Positions 53,047-64,000 of a stretch of DNA of 64,000 nucleotides are shown here, one piece after another. A program made the position numbers and the translations under genes. Under the pieces are notes generated by a model. The model saw nothing but the letters and a program-made list of their open reading frames with translations. It ran no database searches and was not told the DNA's origin. Positions within the stretch are counted from its first letter, which is position 1; every line of letters begins with the position of its first letter. The DNA comes from Macrostomum lignano (lineage: Eukaryota): positions 1-64,000 of the forward strand of contig NIVC01001818.1 of the NCBI GenBank assembly GCA_002269645.1, given 5' to 3'.

Positions 53047-53438
53047 CGAAGAGCTTGCGTGCACGGCCGCCGTTCACGTAAGCTCAGAATTGTGTGCACA
53101 GCAGAGCTATATCTTATAGGCTTATACAGTAAGTCATATACTATTCGAATTAATATTCAAGCTAAAAAAAACAATGAATTAAGATTACATTTTCAGTCCA
53201 TGGTGTACGGGGGATAAAACATTATAAAACAATATAGTAAAAATATTTTTTAATTAGGTTTGCCAATGCCAATGCGTGGATTTAAGGGCCCCAGTCCCGG
53301 CCAATTGCCGGCTGCCGTGCACGCAATTACAACACTAGGTGTACGGCTGCATACATGCAAATAAAGCACTAGGTAGATAGCCGCCGTGCACGCAATTCTG
53401 AGCTTACGTGAACGGCTGCCGTGCACGCAAGCTCTTCG
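53047..53438. mobile_element. Mutator-like MITE, copy 2 (inverted relative to copy 1)
   Basis: Same TIRs, perfect 9-bp TSD AATTATAAA; interior is the reverse complement of copy 1. Confidence 0.85.
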
Positions 53439-53812
53439 AATTATAAACCAGAGTTTGTAGCTTAGTGTATCTGTATGTATAGTGTATAGTTATGGTCATG
53501 GATCAATTGTTGGCCTAGTTGGATGTCTAGCCATTTTCGGTTGAAGTGGTAAAATATACTTATAAGAATTATACTTAAAAAATAGATTTGGTAAAAAATG
53601 CTTTTTGTTATTCCTCTTTCCTTATTTAGCAATTATTAGATACCACCCCTTTGGACCATATATAACTCACAAGGGTATAGGACTGAGATTGCTACATACC
53701 AAGACCATCACACTTGAGCCATAGTCAAGATGATGTACACTATGCCGGAAATTTCTGGCATACAATTGAAAATTTTACTTTTTTTGGCATACAATTGGTG
53801 TAAAAAATCCAG

Positions 53813-54295
53813 GATGGAATTCTTGTATTTCTTAAGTCAAACAGAATTATGCAATTTTTTTATGGTGCGCAAAATATTTTTTATTGGTCGCATTTTTTAT
53901 TTTGGTACTTAGCACGTCGCAAAATAACAAAATAACAAAATAACAAAAGACAATAACAAAAAATGCATTCTAAGAAAATGCTGTGATTTGAATTTTCATC
54001 CAAATATGTATGTTAGAGAATGTTACGAGTTTCTACTTTTTATAGAATTTTTTTTCGAATTTTTACTTTTGTGCCTTATTTAGTTTTTAGTTTTTATTCT
54101 TTTTTTCTTCGTGATCTTAGCTAGTAGGATTATCTTTTGCAAAATCCAATATCTCAAGCGCATTTTTGCATATATTAGGAATTAGAAATTTTGTCTGAAA
54201 TTCTGCGACGCATTTTTCCAGATTTTTTGACACAAAATTGCATTTTTTTCGCTTAATCGCATAATGCGTTGTGATTTTTCTGCAAGAATTCCATC
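53813..54295. mobile_element. Probable PIF/Harbinger-like MITE
   Basis: Perfect 13-bp TIR GATGGAATTCTTG with CAG flanking both ends. Confidence 0.5.
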
Positions 54296-57200
54296 CAGGT
54301 AAAAAATGAGGCAAAATATATTTGGCGTACTAACCGTACTTTTTGGTGTGACACCATGGCATAAATATGCCAAGCAGCATATGCCAACTCCAACCTTTAT
54401 GCCAAAGTTAATATTAACAATTGTTGGCATAATGCCATAACCTTAGAATCTTATTATAAAATCATAAAAACGATAAAACTCGTAAAATGAAAGTTCATAA
54501 CTATTCGTGATTTATAAAAATTTATAATTCCACGCAAACTAATCGTGTTAATTTTCTAAAAAAACAAACAAAAAATTGATTTTTGTTGGCATTTTCTGTA
54601 AGCCAATTTACTTTAAATGAAAACCACACATTTGTTAAATTTTTATTGTTAAAAAATGTGTAACACACAAAAAAGGTCTTTTATTGGTGCAAAGCCTAGA
54701 AAACCTAGCGTAAGTACCTAGGGCCTTGGCACACATTTCAGTATGAAGTGGCGTAGATTTTTTTAGGGGACTTTTTATTCCAGGATATACCATGACATGA
54801 TCCTATGGCACTTGAGGAGCTAGAAGAGGAATTTCGCTGAATGTGTTATTAGATGGTGCTAAACAGGATGAGTGGGTAAGAAGGCCAGTAGTACAAGCCT
54901 GCAAGAGAGGAACCTATGAGAGGAATAGCAATGCTAGAAGATTGGTAGCTCTCTCAATACTAGTAGCCAATAATAGCTATGGCAATCTTGGTGTGGCCGT
55001 CTTAGTCATGTACCCTCACAAGGTAGACTTTATTGTTATATATATATCATACAAATCAGCAATTTAAATTCTTGGCACTGCTACAAATCAAATTCAAATG
55101 AAAAATAATTTCATAAAATATTGCCAACAGACTTAACCATGAAGTCAAATAATGAAGTCAAATATTGGCATAAATTCGAAAGAAAAATAATTTTTCAAAC
55201 AAAACTGCACTAATGCCAATGATACTAGCATGTTGCATTACCCGTGTGTGACTACCAAAGGCTAAGCCAAAGGGCAAAGGCTAATCCTATGTTAGATATC
55301 AGCAATAATGGTCATTGGCTATAATAGGACATAAACTTTATTAGTCAAAGTATTTCGTAATGTAAAATGGAAACTAGTTATTTCACTGATAGTCATTTTG
55401 ATAATAAGCTATTTTGGTAACATCCATTTTGGTAATAGGTTACTAGTTATAAGTTATATGTTATAAGGCCAAATGTATATATGGAATACTATACATCCAT
55501 TATTTATAAGTTTTTTGTTTTTATGATAATTCAATGTTAAAGAATTTTTATTAATAGTTATTATCCTTTTGAAATATCTTTTAATTTGTTATATATATAT
55601 ATTGTATAAACAATGAGTAGTTTATTTCCTAACTTTTTTCCATGTTTATTTTCCAGATTTTACCTATCTTATTGATAGCTATTAGGCCTAACTATTTGTC
55701 ATTTTTAGTTTTTAATTGAGATTTGATCTTAAGATTTTATTTTATGCATATTTCAATTTGTTGATTAAAATTTGATCATAAAGTTATTTAGTGCATGTGC
55801 CATTCACTTGATATATAGAATTGTAATTTGTATCCAATTTATCCAATTGATGCAATAAAAGTTTTGTGCTTTAATATCTATAAATTTTTTAATCACCTTT
55901 AAAAACAAAAAAATATGAATAATTATGAGATAATAGATAGTAAAGTCAATGCTTTATATATACACATGTATATATTTAGCACTAAAGTGACTGTTACCAA
56001 GCTGCCATAGTCTAGATCATGCTAGGTGCATACTTAAACAAAAATAGAATAATTACAAATACATGCCAAAAAATTTAGAGTGCATATTTATACTCAAATC
56101 TATGCCAATATTGCCAAAATAAATGATCTTTTTATGTTACCACAATAAATGACCTTTTTAGGTTGCATAATAGACCCTTTTTGGCTAATAACTTGATTTA
56201 TTTTTTGCTTTTTTTGCCTATAGATATTATTTATAACAAAAAATCAAAACACACAAAAATATGTTTAAATGCCTTATTCTAAGCTTAAAAAACCTAGAAA
56301 GCTTGAAATTTATGCTTTAAAATGAATTTCTTTCGTGTTTTTCTATTTAATACTCTAATTGTGATTCTATAAGCTGCATACCAAATGTGCATGCATACTA
56401 TTTTCTTAGGAGTGATACATGCCAATTATGCACATATACTTTTGGCATCCAAGGCTAATGCATGCCTAGATTTTTGGGCATATACTAAATGATCTGGAGT
56501 ATGGCCAAACTGATTGTTACCTAAGTAACTGTAATTCTATAAAACTGCTTTGGGTTTTGGTGTGTAGTATAAACAAAAATGTTTTAGTATTTTTAGGCAT
56601 AGGCTATATTATCTTTCTAGCTGTAAGTTTCTTGCCAGTTTTTCTATTTCTATTTTTTATTTCTTTTTGTATAAATACAATATAGTCATTTTAATTGGGT
56701 CTTTATGCCTGTATCTTAAGTAAATACATTATTTATATATGGGCTATAGATAAGGGTTGGACAATATCACATTTTTAAAGATTTTTTAAGACTTAAGATC
56801 TATGCTTTTAAGATAATTGGGATTTAACTGAGATCAAGTGTAATCAAGTGTAAGCAAGTATTGCAGTGCTCTTGGAATAACTTGATCATTTTCAAAGATA
56901 TTATACTTAACTTGCCTAGTTTTGCCAAAAATTGTCAAGTTTTGTTGAGTAGTTAAATTTTACATATGTACATAAATATTGCATTTATTAAATACATTTC
57001 CAAGATCATTGCAATCTGCAACTATGCCAAATTGATATGTTTTTTAAGTTTGAAGTTTTTCTGAGTTCCTAAAATATGTTCATTTAAATAAATCAATAAC
57101 TAACTTAAGCCAAGAGAGACACAAATATAAATGTGCAACCTTGGCAACCACCTAGCTGTTTCCATTGGCAACACACATGTAAATCATTATTGGCTAAAAC

Positions 57201-58282
57201 CTTTGGCTAAAAGAGCATTTGATTAATAGTTGCTATTGGCTAATAGAAGAATTAATTGCTATTCTCTTTAATAGTGACTTACATGTGTGTGTTGCCAATA
57301 GAAATGGTTAGGTGAATCCCTAGGTTGTGCCTAAGCATGGATACAGAGAGGACTCTTATCCACCCAATATGAGAGACAGAAGCTAAGACATGCAATGCAA
57401 CAAGTTAAACAAAATGTAATTAAAAAGCAATATTTCATTCTAAAAGTATTACTTTGGAATCCACAATTCCTAGAAAGATAAACAACATGAAAAATATAAA
57501 TTTTAATGCAAAAATATGACAAATAGACTGAGCACAAGGTTGAGGTTTGAAATTCACTAACTACCAAATTTTAATTTTATTTAACTATTCAACAAAGCTT
57601 GACTAAAAAGATTGGCCTAACCCCTCAGTTTGATCAAGTACTCAACTTAAAGTTAGATTTAAAAGTAACTATTTAGTATAATAGATATTAACTGTGCTTT
57701 TTATAATAACTTTATTGCGTGAACTTGTTTTTTTCTGTTTTTTAAAAATACAAAAGGCCCTATTTTTGAATTTTAAAATTTAATAAGCATTATTTATTTA
57801 AAAATCAAATATTTCATTAGTGTGCCATGTGTATTTATATGCTTTTTTGCAAAAAATATTTTTAAATGTATATTAGCATTTTGAAAGTATATTGGCAGGT
57901 CAGATGACCTTATGAAAGTTTGTATTATTTCATAAGATCAATCTATTTTGCCCCCAATAATATGAATTAATATTAGAGCTAAGATTATTTGTTTATAATT
58001 ATTTATCAAAACTTGAAAATAATTTAAATTGTGATGCTTATTTTTGTTGTTTATCAGATTAAAAGTCTGATTTTGTTGATTAGGTGTCTATATATAAGTC
58101 TAAAAGTAAAAAAATTCAAAAGTTATTTTTCCAAAGTCTGTATCAAGTTCAAGAAATAACATAAATAAGCTGCAATTGGGGTCGATTCTTCATTTATTGT
58201 CCACAAATAAAACAATGACTGTTGACTTTCTATTGCATAACAAAAGGCTACTTTGTTTCCATTCATGCTAGTTATACAAGCC

Positions 58283-60908
58283 ATGTCAGCCATTGCTGGC
58301 GTACCAACATTCTCAGCGTCTGCGGCGGCCATTTCAAACTCTTCGTCTACCAGCCAATCAGTGACTGGTTCGAGGCCTCCCGTGCCACTGCTGTCCGCTG
58401 TGCCCAGTGCGGCCGGGAGCGCCAGTGCAACTAACTCTCCTCTGCGCTCGCAGCAGCAACAGCAGCAACCAACCCAGCAACAGCAGCAGCAGCCTCCCGA
58501 ACTTGTCTGTCTGACCCTGAAGAATGTCCTGCTACCGCCTGAACGATTGGACCCAGCTAATAGTCCATCTAGGCTAGATGGCCTGTCCTATTCAGACGAA
58601 TGGAATTTGCGATACATGGGCTGCGAGCTGATCCAATCTGCTAGTATATTGTTGAAACTGCCGCACGTGGCCTGCGCCACTGGCCAGGTGCTCTATCAAC
58701 GATTCTATTATTCTCGTTCGTTAGTCAGGCATCACTATGAGCACACTGCTATGGCTAGTATATTTCTAGCCGCTAAAATTGAAGAAGCGCCCAGACGAGC
58801 TCGCGACGTTATTAATGTGTTTCATCATATCCGACAGTTTAGGGAGAAACGGTAGGTTGAACTTCTTGAGTTATATCATCAGGTCGATTTCAACCAGAAC
58901 CTTTTAAAATCTTCTAAAGACAGACACCTTGAATTCCTTGATAATGGACACTGGAATTCCCTACAAGGAAGGTCATAAAAGCAGTCGCTATAGACTTCCC
59001 TATTAGCCGACCCTATAGAATTCCCTATTAGCAGACCCGATAGAATTCCCTATTAGCAGACCCGATAGAATTCCCTGTTAGCAGACCCGATAGAATTCCC
59101 TGTTAGCAGACCCGATAGAATTCCCTGTTAGCAGACCCTAAAGAATTCCCTATTAGCAGACCCTATAGAATTCCCTGTTAGCAGACCCTATAGAATTCCC
59201 TATTAGCAGACCCTCAACAATTCCCTATTAGCAGACCCTATAGAATTCCCTATTAGCAGACCCGATAGAATTCCCTATTAGAAGACCCCAAAGAATTCCC
59301 TATTAGCAGACCCTCAACAATTACAATTCCCTATTAGCAGACCCGATAGAATTCCTAAAATTCTCACATGATTCTCCTATCGCATTTCAGGCCGTTCACT
59401 CCGCTACCGTTAGACAACAACTATGTAAATCTAAAAAATCAAGTCATCAAGGCGGAGCGCCGTTTATTAAAAGAATTGGGCTTCTCTGTACATGTACAGC
59501 ATCCTCACAAGGTAAGCACGTTTCTTCTTTGATTCGCGGTTAGAACACATGTTAACTAATTTATACCCAGGCAAATCATAATATTAAACGACATTGCGTC
59601 AAATCTGTTAGTCTCTAGGGCTGAAATAGAATTATTCTCAGAAAACCAGCTTGATACAATACAATTCCTCCTACTGTCTGTAATCATTGCCTTGTTTACC
59701 GCATGTCTTTTCTGGCAAAAGGGTTTTTGGTATCTCCCCCAATCAGTTCTAAATCCCACCTGATCCTGTTTATCAAATTGTACTATATGGACTGAGCCAG
59801 TTACCTAAAACTCCACTAAGCCAGTTTACCTAAAACTCCACTAAGCCAGTTACCTAAAACTCCACTAAGCCAGTTTACCTAAAACTCCACTAAGCCAGTC
59901 ACCTCAAACTCCACTAAGCCAGTTACGTCAAACTCCACTAAGCCAGTTAACCTAAAACTCCACTTAGCCAGTTACCTAAAACTCCACTTAGCCAGTTACC
60001 TAAAACTCCACTTAGCCAGTTACCTAAAACTCCACTAAGCCAGTCACCTAAAACTCCACTTAGCCAGTTACCTAAAACTCCACTTAGCCAGTTACCTCAA
60101 ACTCCACTAAGCCAGTCACCTAAAACTCCACTTAGCCAGTTACCTAAAACTCCACTAAGCCAGTTAACCTAAAACTCCACTTAGCCAGTTACCTAAAACT
60201 CCACTAAGCCAGTTACCTAAAACTCCACTTAGCCAGTTACCTAAAACTCCACTTAGCCAGTTACCTAAAACTCCACTAAGCCAGTTACCTGAAACTCCAC
60301 TAAGCCAGTTACCTAAAACTCCACTAAGCCAGTTACCTAAAACTCCACTAAGCCAGTTACCTAAAACTCCACTTAGCCAGTTACCTAAAACTCCACTAAG
60401 CCAGTTACCTAAAACTCCACTTAGCCAGCTACCTAAAACTCCACTAAGCCAGTTACCTAAAACTCCACTAAGCCAGTTAACCTAAAACTCCACTTAGCCA
60501 GTTACCTGAAACTCCACTAAGCCAGTTAACCTACGAGCTTCACTAAGAATTTGATTTAATTATCAAGTTGCGCAAATCAATTTTCAAGTCTTCAAAGAGC
60601 GCCTCGGTCGCGGATAAATCAACCAAGTTATTATATAAAATGGTAAAATGCTATATAAAATCGGAACAAAAGTGAAGTTCCGTTAAAATATTTTAATAGC
60701 CTTAATCCTACACTACACAGCTTTTGATATTAAGTGACTGATTACAATTTCCATGATAAATGATCGGTGTCTGTATCGCAAAACGCTAACCTGCTTGCCC
60801 TCTGTTGCCTTTTTATGGCGACTCGTTTCGTCAAAAATTTCAGCTGATCCCAGTTTGGCTGAACTGGCTACAGCTGGATGACAACCAGCAATTGAGACAA
60901 TCTGCCTG
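58283..60908 (+). CDS. CCNL1: Cyclin L, 5' part (gene continues beyond the window)
   Basis: Exons 58283-58851, 59391-59511, 60844-60908, phases consistent. Motifs [88 protein letters not shown]. Confidence 0.95.
58993..59355. repeat. Minisatellite, 25-bp unit GAATTCCCTATTAGCAGACCCGATA
   Basis: Cyclin L intron 1. Confidence 0.95.
59787..60530. repeat. Minisatellite, 24/25-bp unit AGCCAGTTACCTAAAACTCCACTA
   Basis: Cyclin L intron 2. Confidence 0.97.
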
Positions 60909-61009
60909 GTAAGTTAGTCTTTGTTTTTTGTTTGCTTTTCTCCTCTGCGAGGTTTAGAATTTAATGTTCCATATACCTGAGATTAGTTTAGCCTAAATTC
61001 AAAGGTTGC

Positions 61010-62485
61010 AACCCGTAAAGAACCTGAAGTGGCAGCCAGTAAGAACCCTGAAGGACAGCCTGTAAGAACCCTGAAGGACAACCTGGAAGAACCCTGAAGG
61101 ACAGGCTGTAAGAACCCTGAAGGACAGCCTGCAAGAACCCTGAAGTGACAGCCAGTAAGAACCCTGAAGGACAGCCTGCAAGAACCCTGAAGGACAGCCT
61201 GCAAGAACCCTGAAGGACAGACTGTAAGAACCCTAAAGAGACCAACAGTAAGAACCCTGAAGGACAGCCTGTAAGAACCCTGAAGGACAGCCTGTAAGAA
61301 CCCTGAAGTACAGCCTGTAAGAACCCTGAAGGACAGCCTGTAAGAACCCTGAAGGACAGCCTGTAAGAACCCTGAAGGACAGCCTGTAAGAACCCTGAAG
61401 TGACAGCCAGTAAGAACCCTGAAGTACAGCCTGTCAGAACCCTGAAGTACAGCCTGTAAGAACCCTGAAGTGACAGCCAATAAGAACCCTGAAGTACAGC
61501 CTGTCAGAACCCTGAAGTACAGCCTGTAAGAACCCTAAAGTGACAGCTAGTAAGAACCCTGAAGTATAGCCTGTAAGAACCCCGAAGTTCAGCCTGTCAG
61601 AACCCTGAAGTAGTCTGTAAGAACCCTGAAGTGACAGCCTGTAAGAACCCTGAAGGACAGCCTGTAAGAACCCTGAAGTACAGCCTGTAAGAACCCTGAA
61701 GGACAGACTGTAAGAACCCTGAAGTGACCAACAGTAAGAACCCTGAAGTGACAGCCAGTAAGAACCCTGAAGGACAGCCTGTAAGAACCCTGAAGTGACA
61801 GCCTGTAAGAACCCCAAAGTGACAACCAATAAGAACCCCAAAGTGACAACCAGTAAGAACCCCTAAGTGACAGCCAGTAAGAACCCTGAAGGACAGCCAG
61901 TAAGAAGCCCGAAGTGACAACCAGTAAGAACCCTGAAGGACAGCCTGTAAGAACCCTGAAGGACAGCCTGTAAGAACCCTGAAGGACAGACTGTAAGAAC
62001 CCTGAAGTGACCAACAGTACGAACCCTGAAGAACAGCCAGTAAGAACCCTGAAGTGACAACCAGTAAGAATCCTGAAGGACAGCCTGTAAGAACCCTGAA
62101 GTGACGAACAGTAAGAACCCTGAAGTGACAACCAGTAAGAACCTGAAAGACAGCCAGTAAGAACCCTGAAGGACAGCCTGTAAGAACCCTGAGGTGACAA
62201 CCAGTAAGAACCCTGAAGTGACAATCAGTAAGAACCCTGAAGTGACAACCAGTAAGAACCCTGAAGTGACAACCAGTAAGAACCCTGAAGTGACAACCAG
62301 TAAGAACCTGAAAGACAGCCAGTAAGAACCCTGAAGGACAGCCAGTAAGAACCCTGAAGTGACAACCAGTAAGAACCTGAAAGACAGCCTGTAAGAACCC
62401 TGAAGGACAGCCTGTAAGAACCCTGAAGTGACCAACAGTAAGAGCCCTGAAGTCACAATCAGTAAGAGCCCTGAAGCGACTGCCC
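61010..62485. repeat. Minisatellite, 23/24-bp unit GTAAGAACCCTGAAGGACAGCCT
   Basis: About 60 units in cyclin L intron 3. Confidence 0.97.
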
Positions 62486-63033
62486 CACAGACAGCTAAAA
62501 TGACATTCGAAGAAATTCGAAGAAACAATTTCAGCGTTTTATTACTACGTTCATTATTTTGTTATTTTTGCTACATCTTGAAGGGCTGGCTGTACATCAC
62601 TTTAGTAGATACACTGTCGATCTCTAAAATGTAAGAAGCTGGAAGTCTCTAGAAGATCAAATAACATTTTTTATAACTGCAAACGCAAGCCGCTTGAAGA
62701 ATAATCAATATAAATGCAGTTGTCGAGCATAATTCTAACCGTACTCTCCCCCCTTTTGCCTTTCTCTTTCTCCCCCCTCCCACTTCGATACTACTCAATC
62801 CTCGGCTCAGATCTATGCGATCTCTAAGCCAATGAGAGCACTGCTCAGCCTGCAGCAGCGAGTGAGGTCAGCGGCCGCAGCAGCATCTGTCAGTCAGTCA
62901 GTCATCTGATCGGTCGCTACCAAATGAAGCTCGCTCAGCCGTGGCGTGGCGTTTGCGTTGCGGTCCGATTGGTTGGTTGGTTGGTTAGCCGTATCCTTAT
63001 ATCATTTTACTGTTCAATTTTTTTATTAACCAG

Positions 63034-63068
63034 CCTTCATTTGTGTGCTTGAGTTCTGCTTGATGGCC
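63034..63068 (+). other. Candidate 35-nt poison cassette exon in cyclin L intron 3
   Basis: T-rich tract and TTATTAACCAG|63034 acceptor; donor CC|GTAAGA at 63069; in phase 2 it reads TG|C CTT CAT TTG TGT GCT TGA (stop at 63050-63052). Confidence 0.35.
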
Positions 63069-63109
63069 GTAAGATTAGTTGGTATCCAACCGGGATCTGT
63101 GGGTGCCCA

Positions 63110-63750
63110 GAATGTTAGCCAGTGGCCTAATTAGGCACACCTGTGGTTAGCCAGCGGCCTAATTAGGTACACCTGTTGTCAGCCAGCGGCCTAATTAGGT
63201 ACACCTGAGGTTAGCCGGCGGCCTAATTAAGTACACCTGTGGTTAGCCAGCGGCCAACTACACCTGAGGTGAAACAGCGGTCTAATTAGGTTTACCTGAG
63301 GTTAGCCAGCGGCCTAATCAAGTACACCTGAGGTTAGCCAGCGGCCTAATTAGGTAACACCTGAGGTAAGCCAGCGGACAAATTAAGTACACCTGTGATT
63401 AGCCAGCGGACAAATTAAGTACACCTGTGATTAGCCGGCGGCCTAATTAAGTACACCTGTGGTTAGCCAGCGGCCAAGTACACCTGAGGTGAAACAGCGG
63501 TCTAATTAGGTTTACCTGAGGTTAGCTAGCGGCCTAATTAAGTACACTTGAGGTTAGCTAGCGGCCTAATTAAGTACACCTCAGGTAAGCCACTAAAGCC
63601 AGCGGCCCAATAAAGTACACCTGAGGTTAGCTAGCGGCCTAATCAAGTACACCTGAGGTAAACCAGCGGTCTAATTAGGTATACCTGATGTAAGCCAGCG
63701 GCCTAATTAAGTACACCTGGTTAGTCAGCGCCCTAAATAAGTACACCAGA
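63110..63750. repeat. Minisatellite, 32-bp unit GGTTAGCCAGCGGCCTAATTAAGTACACCTGA
   Basis: About 20 units in cyclin L intron 3. Confidence 0.95.
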
Positions 63751-64000
63751 GGTTAATTAATTACCCACGGAGGGTAGCGAGCCAGGATAATTCCGAGAGT
63801 CTTGTCGTCAGAGGTTTGTCAAACAGCAGTACTGCCTGTCTGCCTGTCCGAACGGTTTATAGGCCTTTGTATCGTTTGTCAGAAGATTTGATTAAATATC
63901 ACCGGGCTTGCAATGCATTCCTGACACAGATCAGAGACAAGTGATACTCGCGGACTGCTGTGCAATGCACCATCCCTACGGTCACCCGAGTTGATGATGG

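Noticed and set aside
54740-55030. Slightly GC-richer patch that might be a decayed transposon ORF within AT-rich DNA
   Set aside because: All frames are interrupted, and no termini could be defined for an enclosing element.
60983-62528. Multiple hydrophobic minus-strand ORFs (FRVLTGC repeats)
   Set aside because: Antisense translation of the 23/24-bp minisatellite in the cyclin L intron.

Overview
Intron-rich, repeat-rich eukaryotic DNA in the standard genetic code. An invertebrate source, most likely a free-living flatworm such as Macrostomum, is inferred from the Pro-Ala-type nAChR and the repeat landscape; it is not proven. Seven protein-coding genes were reconstructed by hand with splice phases checked. 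On the + strand: the 3' part of an otoferlin-like ferlin with two duplicated alternative transmembrane terminal exons; a multi-cysteine-cluster Toll-like receptor (LRR-TM-divergent TIR); a two-exon orphan gene; an ankyrin-repeat gene; and the 5' part of cyclin L. On the - strand: a Cys-loop nAChR-family subunit with an anion-channel Pro-Ala motif, and a single-Ig type I membrane protein with a candidate 18-nt microexon. Introns and intergenic DNA hold non-autonomous DNA transposons with visible TIRs and TSDs (hAT-, PIF/Harbinger-, Mutator-, Merlin- and EnSpm/CACTA-like), a tRNA-derived CORE-type SINE, and about a dozen distinct mini/microsatellite arrays, all beyond about 28.6 kb. The strongest leads are the Toll-type receptor with a degenerate TIR, the OTOF-like duplicated C-terminal exons, the predicted ACh-gated anion channel, the orphan Ig receptor, and a candidate poison exon plus a 5'-splice-site-like repeat array in the cyclin L intron. 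No database searches were run; family calls rest on remembered motifs.
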